Shown: positions 9,155 to 18,852, numbered from the stretch's first letter. The stretch: DNA of 64,000 bases from an uncultured Acetobacteraceae bacterium (GCA_903924985.1 CAIYDT010000276.1:5582-69581), one strand, 5' to 3'. The notes: generated by a model from the sequence alone, not told the origin. Numbers and translations are program-made.

Positions 9155-10018
9155 TTACATCCGCACCTGCTCGATAGCCTCTTCCATCTCGGCGAAGCTT
9201 GGCATGTGCTGGTTCGGCACCATCTTGCGACCGGACTCAATGCTGACCTGCGGTGCATTCCCATGCAAATGCGTTACAAGAATCGCACGTATGACTTCCA
9301 TGAACTTTGATTCCTCTTCCACCACCCCCTTCAACCGACTGGCGAATGGCGCGAACATACCGTACGCGAGCAGGATCCCTAGAAATGTTCCGGTCAACGC
9401 ACCACCGATCATCGCGCCCAGCACGGCCGGGGGCTGATCGATGTGCGACATGGTTTTGATCACACCCAGAACAGCAGCGATAATCCCGAGTGCTGGCAAT
9501 CCATCCGCCATGGTCTGCAACGCGTGGGAAGGATGCATCTCCTCGTTCAATGTTTTCTTTAACTCTCGTGCCATCACATCTTCAATCTGATTCGGATCGT
9601 CGGCGTTCATGCCAACCATACGCAGATAGTCGCAAATTAGATTGCAAGCGTGGTGATTAGAAATTATTCTTGGAAATTTCTGAAATGCACTGCTATCCGA
9701 TGGTCTTTCAATATGCGGCTCCAATGCCATGTTGCCTTTCGTGCTCGCCAAACGAACCAAAAAATACATCAGACTCAGTAGGTCGACGTAGTCGGCTTTG
9801 CGATACGCCGCGCCCTTCAGGATTTTGCTGAATCCGCCAAGCGTGTGCTTTACATCATGAATGGAGTTCGACATCAGGAACGTGCCGATCGCCGCACCGC
9901 CTATCGTCCACATTTCGAACGGCACCGCCTCGATCAATGGCTCCATGCTACCCCCAGATACCAGATAGCTGGCGAAGACGCAGAAAAACACGAACACAAG
10001 TCCGCCAATGGTCGTCAT
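9155..10018 (-). CDS. motA: Flagellar motor stator protein MotA
   Basis: IGGAAIG, LPALGIIAAVLGVI, GGALTGTFLGILLAYG, APQVSIESGRK. Confidence 0.95.
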   Translation of the reverse strand: MTTIGGLVFVFFCVFASYLVSGGSMEPLIEAVPFEMWTIGGAAIGTFLMSNSIHDVKHTLGGFSKILKGAAYRKADYVDLLSLMYFLVRLASTKGNMALEPHIERPSDSSAFQKFPRIISNHHACNLICDYLRMVGMNADDPNQIEDVMARELKKTLNEEMHPSHALQTMADGLPALGIIAAVLGVIKTMSHIDQPPAVLGAMIGGALTGTFLGILLAYGMFAPFASRLKGVVEEESKFMEVIRAILVTHLHGNAPQVSIESGRKMVPNQHMPSFAEMEEAIEQVRM

Positions 10019-11070
10019 GGATCGACCTGCCTCTCGCGCAGCACCAATATCGCAATGCGCCGATTGGCTGCCGCGAGGGGATCCGCCGGCAGCAGCGGAT
10101 CCTTATCCGCATTGCCGGTCACCGACCGGAACCTGCCATCAGGCAACCCTCCCTCCTCCAATAATCGGCGCGTTGCGTTGGCACGTTCGGCCGACAACTC
10201 CCAATTGGTGCGGCCCAGACCGGGAAACGGTACCGCATCGGTATGTCCGGCAACAGAGATCGCCTGGGACAATTTTGCCAACACCGGCACTACTTTTTGC
10301 AGAAGAAGACGTGCCCGTTCGTTCGGTTCAGCCGAACCCGTCGCGAACATCGGCAGCTTCTCCTCATCCATGATCTGGATACGCAATCCTTCAGGGGTCA
10401 TGTCGATCGCCAGTTGACGAGCAAGGTCCGTCAGCGCCGGATCGGCCTTCACCGCATCGCGGATTTGCTGTGCAGCGGACTCGAACGCAGCTTTTTCCCG
10501 ACGCTCCAGCTCAGCTCGCAATTCGCCTTCGGTTGGCTTGGCCCCGCCGTTGTGCAACTTGCTATCCAACACCGCCGCCGCACCTGCCAGGCTCGGTGCA
10601 TCCGGATTGGGCCCAACACGCAAGGCAGCCTGCCCGGCCAACGGCTTACCAGGACTAACAGGCACGTCCCCGGTCGCACCATTGGCCGGGGCCCCGTGAC
10701 TTTCCGCCGCGGCCTCCGCCTCCTGTTCCTCGGTGGGTGCCATCGGCGGACGCTTGCCCGACACAATCTCGACAGATCCTCGGTCGGACACCAGAGCACC
10801 ATCGTCGAAGGCGGTATGCCCACCCAATGGCTGCCCAGTACCGGAAGAAGCGTGGCTAAGCAGGTTGTTGGGGCTAAAATAATCCGCCAAGCCCTTGCGC
10901 TGATCCTCCGTCGTCGCGTTCAGAAGCCACATAAGAAGAAAAAACGCCATCATGGCGGTTACAAAATCGGCATAGGCCACCTTCCAGGCTCCGCCATGGT
11001 GGCGGGTCTCGACGATCTCATTTTTCCGGATGACGACCCCTGACCCCTTTTTGTCTCTGCCGCGCGCCAT
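10015..11070 (-). CDS. motB: Flagellar motor stator protein MotB
   Basis: HHGGAWKVAYADFVTAMMAFFLLMWL TM segment; OmpA-like domain GHTDA...NWELSAERAN...NRRI. Confidence 0.95.
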   Translation of the reverse strand: MARGRDKKGSGVVIRKNEIVETRHHGGAWKVAYADFVTAMMAFFLLMWLLNATTEDQRKGLADYFSPNNLLSHASSGTGQPLGGHTAFDDGALVSDRGSVEIVSGKRPPMAPTEEQEAEAAAESHGAPANGATGDVPVSPGKPLAGQAALRVGPNPDAPSLAGAAAVLDSKLHNGGAKPTEGELRAELERREKAAFESAAQQIRDAVKADPALTDLARQLAIDMTPEGLRIQIMDEEKLPMFATGSAEPNERARLLLQKVVPVLAKLSQAISVAGHTDAVPFPGLGRTNWELSAERANATRRLLEEGGLPDGRFRSVTGNADKDPLLPADPLAAANRRIAILVLRERQVDP

Positions 11071-11074
11071 ATCG

Positions 11075-11100
11075 TCCTACCTCCGCTACCGGAGGTAGGA
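11075..11100 (-). promoter_or_regulatory. Perfect 11-bp hairpin that sequesters the motB Shine-Dalgarno sequence
   Basis: Minus strand reads TCCTACCTCCG-GTAG-CGGAGGTAGGA-CGAT-ATG(motB). Confidence 0.6.
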
Positions 11101-11113
11101 TGACGGCAATTGG

Positions 11114-11129
11114 TTTACGAAAGGTTAAC
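11114..11129. promoter_or_regulatory. CtrA-box-like site upstream of motB
   Basis: TTTA-cgaaagg-TTAAC, one mismatch to TTAA-N7-TTAAC. CtrA controls flagellar genes in Alphaproteobacteria. Confidence 0.6.
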
Positions 11130-11141
11130 GCGGACCATCAT

Positions 11142-12458
11142 TTAATGCGCCGGGCTCAATTTTATCGGTGTGGCCGTCAGTGGCATCCAAAGCGCGCAGC
11201 CCAACGCCGTGAGCGTGGACACCGCCGCCGCGCCAGCCAGTACGTAAAGCCCGACCTCAAAGCTTCCGGTGGCATCCTTGGCATAACCCACCGCAATCGG
11301 CCCCAAATAACCGGCGAAGTTGCCCAAAGAGTTGATGAACGCCAACCCCGCCGCCAGGGCTGGTCCCGTCAGGAACGTAGACGGCAAAGGCCAGAATGGC
11401 GATTTCATGCCGTAGAAACCCACCGTCGCCAACGAAAATGCCGCCAGCACCCAAAGGCTGTCCCGCAGAATGGCACCCGCCACCAGCCCAGCCACGGCAC
11501 AGGCGCATGTCACGGTTAGAATCCAAAACCGGTCCTTGGTACGGTCGGAGATCCAGCCGCACACCACCATCGCAATCGTCCCGAAGACATACGGAACCGC
11601 CGTCAGCAGTCCGGCCTGGGTATTGCTCATGCCCTGACCTTTGAGGATCTGAGGCAGGAACAGCACCAGCCCGACCCCGGCCATGCCGATACCACCGAAG
11701 ATCGTGGTCAGGATCAGCACCTTGGGATTGCCCATCGCCGACCAGATGGAATGGGTACGGACAGAGTCGATCTCCCGCCGCTCCATCGCCAGCTCATGAT
11801 CCAGCCAGGTCCGTTCCTCTATCGTCAGCCATTTCGCCTGGCTGGGGCGTTCGGTCAGGAAGAACCAGACGGAAATACCGATCAGGGCGGTAGGAATGCC
11901 CTCCCCCAGGTACATCCACTGCCAGCCGTGCAAACCCATGACCCCGTCCATTTGCAGGAAGGCCGTCGACAACGGCGCACCGATCGCGGTGGCAAGCGGC
12001 AGTCCGATCAGGAACCCGGCGGTGACCCGGCCGCGATGGCGCTGCGGGAACCAGCGGTGGAAATACAGCAGGATGCCAGGGAACAATCCCGCCTCGGCCG
12101 CACCGATCAACACGCGGATGGTGAAGAAACTCCAAGGTCCGGTCACGAACGCGGTCGCGGCCGACAGCAGTCCCCACGTCACCATGATGCGGGTGATCCA
12201 GGGCCGCGCACCGACCTTTTCCAGGATGATGTTGGAGGGAACCTCGAGCAGGCAATAGCCCCAGAAGAACGCGCCAGCGGCGAGACCGTATATGTAGGCC
12301 GTCAGACCGAGGTCCTTGTTCATCGTCAAGGACGCAAAACTGACGTTGATTCGGTCAATGTAGCACAGGATGTAGAGCACGAAGCAGTACGGCACCAGGC
12401 GCATGTAGACTTTGCGCAAGGTGGTCCTCTCCAGGGCCTCGGCGGCTGAAGCGTCCAT
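11142..12458 (-). CDS. MFS transporter, ACS/phthalate-permease family (TtuB-like)
   Basis: YIDRINVSFA, LEVPSNIILEKVGARPWITRIM, GAAEAGLFPG, GLHGWQW, INSLGNFAG. Confidence 0.92.
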   Translation of the reverse strand: MDASAAEALERTTLRKVYMRLVPYCFVLYILCYIDRINVSFASLTMNKDLGLTAYIYGLAAGAFFWGYCLLEVPSNIILEKVGARPWITRIMVTWGLLSAATAFVTGPWSFFTIRVLIGAAEAGLFPGILLYFHRWFPQRHRGRVTAGFLIGLPLATAIGAPLSTAFLQMDGVMGLHGWQWMYLGEGIPTALIGISVWFFLTERPSQAKWLTIEERTWLDHELAMERREIDSVRTHSIWSAMGNPKVLILTTIFGGIGMAGVGLVLFLPQILKGQGMSNTQAGLLTAVPYVFGTIAMVVCGWISDRTKDRFWILTVTCACAVAGLVAGAILRDSLWVLAAFSLATVGFYGMKSPFWPLPSTFLTGPALAAGLAFINSLGNFAGYLGPIAVGYAKDATGSFEVGLYVLAGAAAVSTLTALGCALWMPLTATPIKLSPAH

Positions 12459-12547
12459 CGCGATTTCTCCCCTGGGCCGGATTGTCGATTGTCGCGCCGG
12501 CCTCTCGTTACTGAACGATAGGGGATTGCCGCCGTGCCCCGCAAGGC

Positions 12548-12562
12548 CGGCAATTGCTGCCG
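12548..12562. promoter_or_regulatory. Putative ftr-like (FlbD-type) enhancer palindrome
   Basis: CGGCA-ATTGC-TGCCG, about 60 bp upstream of a sigma54 motif in front of fliK. Confidence 0.45.
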
Positions 12563-12622
12563 TTCGGTAGGGGATGCCGGGGGAATGGACTGGGTTTTAC
12601 CCGAAAACGCCCACTTCCGCGC

Positions 12623-12638
12623 TGGCCCGGCGTTTGCT
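12623..12638 (+). promoter_or_regulatory. Sigma54 (-24/-12) promoter of fliK-flgD
   Basis: TGGCCCG-GCGT-TTGCT matches TGGCACG-N4-TTGCW; followed by SD GGAGGG and ATG at 12661. Confidence 0.65.
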
Positions 12639-12660
12639 CGGCATGCGGTGGAGGGCCGAG

Positions 12661-14142
12661 ATGCCAGCGCCAGACACACTTACCTTACCGATTCAAACGA
12701 ACCCATTCATGCCGCCGCCCACGACGCGTGGCCTCGGCTTACCCGCGTCCGCCGAACAGGCCGCCCCGAATCTGGCCGCCGCGCCTGGGTTCGCTGCCTT
12801 GCTGGCCTCGATTCCCGTTCCGGCGTCCTTGGTGACTCCCACGACGCGAGGCTCGCCGGCCAGCAACCCGGGCGTACCGGCTCCGCGCTCGATCGTCGAG
12901 GCAGGACCGGTGACGGCTCAACCACCGGTCGCCAGTCCAGATCCGCCGCCCCCTCCCATGGCGGAGACAGCACCCACTGTCCCGGCGAATACACCACCGG
13001 CGATCGCCGCGACTCCTGCTGCGGTCAACCGGCCAATCCCTGACGAGGGGTCAAGACCGCGGATCGTGCCGCACCGAAACCCACAGGGCCGCGCGTCCGT
13101 CCCCAAACCCATAACGACCGACGACCCGGCACCCACTCGTCCGGCTATTTCCACCATGGCATCGGTTCCGGATGTCCCGCCACCGTCCGCGGCGGCTGCG
13201 CCCCAGGCCGAACAACCGGAGGCACAGCACATCGTTCCGGCGACGCGCCCGGTCGCGGCGATGGCCCCAGTCCCTCTCCGTCCGCATGACGCGCCGCTAC
13301 GTGGCAACGAACGGGCAGAAGTCCAGAAACAAGCTGTGCTGCCGCTCCCTCCGCCAGTCGCGGCGTTCCCGGTTACGCCAGTCCCCAACCCGCCCCCGGC
13401 GGACCAGCCCCCTAAACCGGCGCAAACGGAATCTGCTGGTCCTATTGTTCCCATAGCGGACTTCACGCCCCCTTCTCTGATACAGGCCGCTCCGACATCG
13501 ATGCCGGCGCACGCATCCGCTGAGCAAACCGCACCGCAATCGGTGCAGCACCAGACCGCCGAACATGAGTATGACGCGACGCCAATGCCCACGGTGGCGG
13601 CGCCCCCACCCCCGATCGTGCCAAGCGCGCCGATAAAGACGCCCTCCCCAATCGCGGCCTCGCCGCCAGCCGAACAGCTCGCTCCAGTGCTGGTGTCGAT
13701 TGCCAACGCGCCCATCGGCGCTCAGCACATGACCCTCCAGTTACAGCCAGATGCGCTCGGACAGGTGCAAATCCAGATCGGCCGCCCCCCCGACGCGCCC
13801 ATCCATATCCGCATCGAAGCAGAACGGCCTGAGACCCTGGCACTGTTGCAACGTGACACCCCGCAGTTGCAGCGCGCGCTCGATCAGGCGGGCTTACCGC
13901 GGGAAACCGTGACACTGAGCTTCCACGCAACACCCGCCGTCACCGCTACCCCGACCGCACAGGATGCCGGGCAACCGTCCATGCAATTCCTCGGTACCGG
14001 TCATCCCCATCAAGGGTTCGGCGAAGGGCGCCCCCAGCGCGGTCCGCTGCCGTTTCCAGACTTGGGAGAAGACCCGGGAACGCCGGCGAACGGAACCTCG
14101 CGCGCCACCACTGTGCGACCTGGCATCGACATCACCGCCTGA
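12661..14142 (+). CDS. fliK: Flagellar hook-length control protein
   Basis: Long Pro/Ala-rich N-terminus; C-terminal T3S4 domain LQLQPDALGQV.I...AERPETLALLQRD..QLQRALDQAGL; ends GIDITA; precedes flgD. Confidence 0.88.
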   Translation: MPAPDTLTLPIQTNPFMPPPTTRGLGLPASAEQAAPNLAAAPGFAALLASIPVPASLVTPTTRGSPASNPGVPAPRSIVEAGPVTAQPPVASPDPPPPPMAETAPTVPANTPPAIAATPAAVNRPIPDEGSRPRIVPHRNPQGRASVPKPITTDDPAPTRPAISTMASVPDVPPPSAAAAPQAEQPEAQHIVPATRPVAAMAPVPLRPHDAPLRGNERAEVQKQAVLPLPPPVAAFPVTPVPNPPPADQPPKPAQTESAGPIVPIADFTPPSLIQAAPTSMPAHASAEQTAPQSVQHQTAEHEYDATPMPTVAAPPPPIVPSAPIKTPSPIAASPPAEQLAPVLVSIANAPIGAQHMTLQLQPDALGQVQIQIGRPPDAPIHIRIEAERPETLALLQRDTPQLQRALDQAGLPRETVTLSFHATPAVTATPTAQDAGQPSMQFLGTGHPHQGFGEGRPQRGPLPFPDLGEDPGTPANGTSRATTVRPGIDITA

Positions 14143-14156
14143 AGGATCTCCCTCCC

Positions 14157-14810
14157 ATGACAATCGCCGCTGTAACGGCCCCGACCAGCACGACGCCCAC
14201 CGGCACCGACCCCCTGGCCTCGCTGACGTCGAACATGAACGATTTTCTGAAGCTACTGATGACGCAGTTGCAGAATCAGGACCCTACCACACCAATGGAC
14301 ACCACGCAGTTTACCGCCCAGTTGGTGCAGTTCGCGAGCGTAGAGCAACAGGTCAATATCAACACCGGGGTGCAGTCGCTGATCCAGTTGGCGCAATCCA
14401 ATAATGTGCTGCAAGCCTCCGGCTTGATCGGCAAAACCGTGACCGCGACTTCCACCCAGATTTCATTGCAAAATGGATCTGGTAGCATTCAATTCAGCGC
14501 TCCGGCGGCAGAACCCGTCACGGTTTCGGTTGCAGACAGTGCCGGTGCAACCATCGCGCAGTCGTCCCTGACGAGTACCGCCGGACAAAATAGCTGGACA
14601 TGGAATGGCCAGAACAGCCGTGGCCAGCAGCAATCGGACGGCGCCTACACCGTCACCGTACTGGGCGGCACCCAGGGCACCACCCCGGTGGCGATCCCCT
14701 TCACGATCACGGGTGCCGCGACGGGCGTCGTGACGCAGAATAATACGGAACAAGTGCGCCTGGGGCAGCTTACGCTGCCAGTCAGCGCGATCCAGTCGGT
14801 TACAAACTGA
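14157..14810 (+). CDS. flgD: Flagellar hook capping protein
   Basis: FLKLLMTQLQNQDPTTPMD..QFTAQLVQFASVEQ; WTWNG...DGAYT. Confidence 0.95.
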   Translation: MTIAAVTAPTSTTPTGTDPLASLTSNMNDFLKLLMTQLQNQDPTTPMDTTQFTAQLVQFASVEQQVNINTGVQSLIQLAQSNNVLQASGLIGKTVTATSTQISLQNGSGSIQFSAPAAEPVTVSVADSAGATIAQSSLTSTAGQNSWTWNGQNSRGQQQSDGAYTVTVLGGTQGTTPVAIPFTITGAATGVVTQNNTEQVRLGQLTLPVSAIQSVTN

Positions 14811-15969
14811 TCGGCCGCATCCCGCGCCGAACGACCGATGCGAATACCGCCAACACCACCAGCGGTGCCATGGGGAAGTGCAACCAGAATGCTGCCTCCG
14901 ACGAAATCAGCGGCATGAAGAAACCCGCGATCAGTACGGTCTTTTCCCATGGCAAGAAGCCGGTCGTGCGCGCGTCCCGCCAGATCCACAGCAGGGGAAC
15001 CGCGAGCAGCACAAAGTCGTAGACCAGAAGAAACGGGCTGGCCAGCAGCGTGGCAGCGGCCAGGGCCGCGCCTATCGTTTCCCGCGATGGGGCCTTGCGA
15101 CACAACCAGGCCAGCACGGCCGCGACAGCTAACGCCAGCAACGCCTGCGCCATATAGGCAACCGTCAAGCTTCCGTCGAATACCCTGATCGCGGCGAACA
15201 GGCTCTGCATCTTGTAGTTTCCAACCATCCCCCGCTCCAGAGCCTCGCGAGCCAAAGCAGAGTTGGTAAAAAAGCCGAACCAGGGAGCAGTGCCCAGCAA
15301 CGCGACCGACAGCACACACATCGTTCCCGCTGTAGCAGCCGCCGCGGCGGCACTGCGCCATCGCGCGCCGACGATAAGGACGACGGGCACCATCAACAGG
15401 AAATGCGGCTTATAGCTCAGACAACCCAGCAGCACACCTGCGAGGATGGGCCGCGCTTCCAGATTCCAGGTCGCGCCGGCGAACAGGGCGGCGGTCAAAA
15501 ATCCATTCTGCCCGTGGGCCATGTTCAGCCACACGGCGGGGAACGCCAGCGCCGCCAGCACGTGTCCGCGCACCAACCGGCCCAACGCCGCCAGCAACAG
15601 CGCGCCGGTTACCGATAGCCAGCCGATCAGCGCCCAGCCATAGGGCAGCAACGCCAGCGGCAGGCAGATCAGCAGAAACAGCGGGGGATAAAAAAAAGCT
15701 GTGTAGTTCAGGGGCGTTCCACCGAAAGCCTCTCGCTGCGCGGCCAGATGCACGGTCGTGTCGTAAACCCGACCGGGCCCATCCGACAAAGCGATCTTGG
15801 ATGCCGTCCAGAACGATACAAAATCGGTCCCCAACGGACGATTGTCGAAGTCCAATCCCCCGTGGGAGGAGGCGACCAGAAAAACCGCTGCCAGTGCCTG
15901 CGCTACCAACAAGATATTGCGGTACGCCAGTGCGCGCTCCGGTGTCATCCAGAGCGCATCGCGAAGCAC
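14800..15969 (-). CDS. GT-C membrane glycosyltransferase, GT87/DUF2029-like
   Basis: LGTDFVSFWTA, FFYPP, HGQNGFL, YKPH, SPFLLVYD; polytopic. Start (GTG 15969) is uncertain. Confidence 0.85.
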   Translation of the reverse strand: MLRDALWMTPERALAYRNILLVAQALAAVFLVASSHGGLDFDNRPLGTDFVSFWTASKIALSDGPGRVYDTTVHLAAQREAFGGTPLNYTAFFYPPLFLLICLPLALLPYGWALIGWLSVTGALLLAALGRLVRGHVLAALAFPAVWLNMAHGQNGFLTAALFAGATWNLEARPILAGVLLGCLSYKPHFLLMVPVVLIVGARWRSAAAAAATAGTMCVLSVALLGTAPWFGFFTNSALAREALERGMVGNYKMQSLFAAIRVFDGSLTVAYMAQALLALAVAAVLAWLCRKAPSRETIGAALAAATLLASPFLLVYDFVLLAVPLLWIWRDARTTGFLPWEKTVLIAGFFMPLISSEAAFWLHFPMAPLVVLAVFASVVRRGMRPISL

Positions 15970-16168
15970 GGATAAGATATACCGCCTGAGAAATCGGTGG
16001 AAAATTATAAGACGCCCTACCCTTGCTAGGATATCAATCGCGCCAGCTAGGACCGCGACGGTCTGGCAGGCGCAGCATGGCGCGCCTGCCACTCGGCCTC
16101 CGACACGCGGGCGCGCACCGATCTCATGACGTTGGTATCGGGCATTCTTGGTAACTCCGTTTTTTTGT

Positions 16169-17482
16169 TCATCTCGATACAGGCAAGGTGCGAGGCTGGT
16201 TACGGCCGATCACCAGCACGCAAACCGTGCCAATGGCAGCGACCGCGGCGATCGGCATCAGAGCCAACGTAAAGCTGCCGGTCGCATCGCGGATCCAGCC
16301 GATCGCGTAGTTGAAGAAGAACCCGGACAGATTGCCCAACGCGTTGATCTGCGCAAGCCCCGCCGCGGCCGTTGCCGATCCGAGCCACTCGGACGATAGC
16401 GCCCAGAAGGGGCCTTTGCTGGCGTAGGTGCCGGCGGCAATCAGCGTCAGCAGCGGGATACTCGTCCACAGGCTGTGCGAGAAGGCGATCCCCAGGATCG
16501 CCAAAACCATCCAACCCAAGGGTATGGCATTATGCCACACACGCTCCCCGCTGCGGTCGGAGCTGCGGCCCCACAGCACCATCCACACCGCGGCAATGCC
16601 GAAGGGGATGGAATTGACCAGCCCGGTCTCGAAATTCGTCAGTCCGTAGGCTTTGACGATCTGCGGCATCCACAGCCCGAGGGAGGTGGAGGCTCCAACC
16701 GCTCCCGAATAGATCAGCGCCATGAACAGCACGTATTTGTTGAACATCGTGGCCCAAACTGAACCGTGCTGTACCTTCGATTTAACAGCGCGTTCGGCGG
16801 TAAGCCGGGCGATCAGCCAGTTGCGCTGCTCGACCGACAGCCAATTCGCCTTGCTCGGACCGTCGGTCAGCCAGAACAAGGACAGGACTCCCAGCACGAT
16901 GGCGGGCGCGGCCTCAAGGATGAACAGCCACTGCCAGCCGCCGAGTCCCAGGAGACCGTCCATGTAAAGAATCGATCCCGCCACCGGGGAGCCGACCAAA
17001 CCGGCCACCGGAATGGCCACCATGAAGATGCCGACGATCTTCGCTCGGTGATTGGCCGGGTACCAGTAGGTCAGGTACAGGATCACGCCGGGGAAAAATC
17101 CTGCCTCCGCCGCGCCCAACATGAAACGCAAAACCAGGAAGGAGGTCGGCCCGCCGATGAAAGCGAACCCGCCGGAGATCACTCCCCAGGTGAGCATAAT
17201 TCGCGCGATCCACTTGCTCGCGCCAAAGCGTTCCAGACACAGATTGCTGGGCACCTCCAGGATGAAATAGCCGACAAAGAAGATGCCGGCACCCAGGCCG
17301 AAAGTCTTGGGATCGATGCCCACCGCCTTGTTCATCTGCAAGGCCGCGAATCCAACATTCGCCCGATCGATATAGGCGGCCAGATAGGCGGCCAGCAGGA
17401 ATGGCATCAAACGCCAGGTCACCCGGCGCATGGTGGCGGCCTCCAGGGCCTTGTTGTCAGACGGTTCGGCGGACATGCGCAT
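16169..17482 (-). CDS. MFS transporter, ACS family (tandem copy 2)
   Basis: YIDRANVGFA, EVPSNL, GAAEAGFFPG, GWQWLFILE, INALGNLSG. Confidence 0.93.
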   Translation of the reverse strand: MRMSAEPSDNKALEAATMRRVTWRLMPFLLAAYLAAYIDRANVGFAALQMNKAVGIDPKTFGLGAGIFFVGYFILEVPSNLCLERFGASKWIARIMLTWGVISGGFAFIGGPTSFLVLRFMLGAAEAGFFPGVILYLTYWYPANHRAKIVGIFMVAIPVAGLVGSPVAGSILYMDGLLGLGGWQWLFILEAAPAIVLGVLSLFWLTDGPSKANWLSVEQRNWLIARLTAERAVKSKVQHGSVWATMFNKYVLFMALIYSGAVGASTSLGLWMPQIVKAYGLTNFETGLVNSIPFGIAAVWMVLWGRSSDRSGERVWHNAIPLGWMVLAILGIAFSHSLWTSIPLLTLIAAGTYASKGPFWALSSEWLGSATAAAGLAQINALGNLSGFFFNYAIGWIRDATGSFTLALMPIAAVAAIGTVCVLVIGRNQPRTLPVSR

Positions 17483-17541
17483 AACTCCCGTTATCGATTC
17501 GGAAGTCTAGCGCTACATGTCCGCCGGCGGCAGGTCTTCCG

Positions 17542-18852
17542 TTATGTGGGTATTGCAACCGTGCGTGGTTGATTTCGCCCTATGGTCAACACGCAAATCG
17601 TGCCGATGGTAGCAACGAGCGCGATCGGCATGATCGCAAGCGGGAAACTCCCGGTTTCATCTTTGATCCAACCGATCAGGTAGTTGAAAAAGAAACCGGA
17701 CAGATTTCCCAGCGCGTTGATTTGCGCCAGACCGGCGGCGGCGGTGCTGGCCCCCAGCCATTCAGACGACAGCGCCCAGAACGGGCCTTTGCTGGCGTAG
17801 GTGCCGGCGGCGATCAGCGTCATCAGCGGGATCACGATCCAGATATCCTTGATGAACAAGAACGTCAGCAGCATCGCCACCACCATCCAGGCCAAGGGCA
17901 GGGCATTGTGCCAAACCCGCTCCCCGCTCCGGTCGGAGCTGCGGCCCCACAGGATCATCCACACCGCGGCGATACCAAACGGGATAGAATTGACCATGCC
18001 GGTTTCGAAATTGGTCAGGCCGAAGGACTTGACCAGCGCCGGCATCCACAACGCAAGCGACGTAGAAGCGCCGGCCGCGCCGGCATAGACCAGCGCCATG
18101 ATCAGCACGTACTTGTTACACATGGTCTTCCAGACCGACTGATGCGCGACCTTGGTCACCCGGCGTTTCTCGGCGGCCAGCCGAGCGATCAGCCATTGTT
18201 GCTGTTGGGGCGGCAGCCACGGCGCGTGTTCGGGACGGTCGGTCAGCCAGTAAAACGAAGCAACGCCCAGCAGAAGCGTGGGAAGGGCCTCGAGGATAAA
18301 GATCCACTGCCACCCACCCAGACCCAGCACACCGTCCATCCCGAGGACCGCACCGGAAATGGGGGAGCCAATCAGCCCTGCCACCGGAATCGCCACCATG
18401 AAGATGCCGACGATCTTGGCGCGGTAAACCGCGGGAAACCAGTAGGTCAGGTACAGGATGACCCCAGGGAAGAAACCCGCCTCGGCCGCGCCCAACATGA
18501 AGCGCAGGACCAGGAAGGAAATCGGACCGCCGATCAGCGCGAAGGCGCCGGAAATCAACCCCCAGGTCAGCATGATACGGGCGATCCATTTGCGGGCGCC
18601 GAAGCGCTCCAGCCCAAGATTGCTGGGCACTTCCAGGAGAAAATATCCGATGAAGAAAATGCCGGCACCCAAGCCGTACGTCTTGGGGTCGATCCCGACC
18701 GCCTTGTTCATCTGTAAGGATGCGAAACCAACGTTCACCCGGTCGATGTAACACAGCAGATAGGCGAGGATCAGAAACGGCATCAGGCGCCAGGACACCC
18801 GGCGCATGGTTGCGGCTTCCAAGGCTTTGTCTTCGAGCAAGGCGGCGGACAT
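17542..18852 (-). CDS. MFS transporter, ACS family (tandem copy 1)
   Basis: Same motifs; long stretches identical to the neighbouring copy (e.g. AAGTYASKGPFWALSSEWLG). Confidence 0.93.
   Translation of the reverse strand: MSAALLEDKALEAATMRRVSWRLMPFLILAYLLCYIDRVNVGFASLQMNKAVGIDPKTYGLGAGIFFIGYFLLEVPSNLGLERFGARKWIARIMLTWGLISGAFALIGGPISFLVLRFMLGAAEAGFFPGVILYLTYWFPAVYRAKIVGIFMVAIPVAGLIGSPISGAVLGMDGVLGLGGWQWIFILEALPTLLLGVASFYWLTDRPEHAPWLPPQQQQWLIARLAAEKRRVTKVAHQSVWKTMCNKYVLIMALVYAGAAGASTSLALWMPALVKSFGLTNFETGMVNSIPFGIAAVWMILWGRSSDRSGERVWHNALPLAWMVVAMLLTFLFIKDIWIVIPLMTLIAAGTYASKGPFWALSSEWLGASTAAAGLAQINALGNLSGFFFNYLIGWIKDETGSFPLAIMPIALVATIGTICVLTIGRNQPRTVAIPT

Noticed and set aside
16064-16091. Hairpin TGGCAGGCGC-N8-GCGCCTGCCA
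   Set aside because: No U-tract and single copy; at most a weak terminator or stabiliser after the MFS pair.
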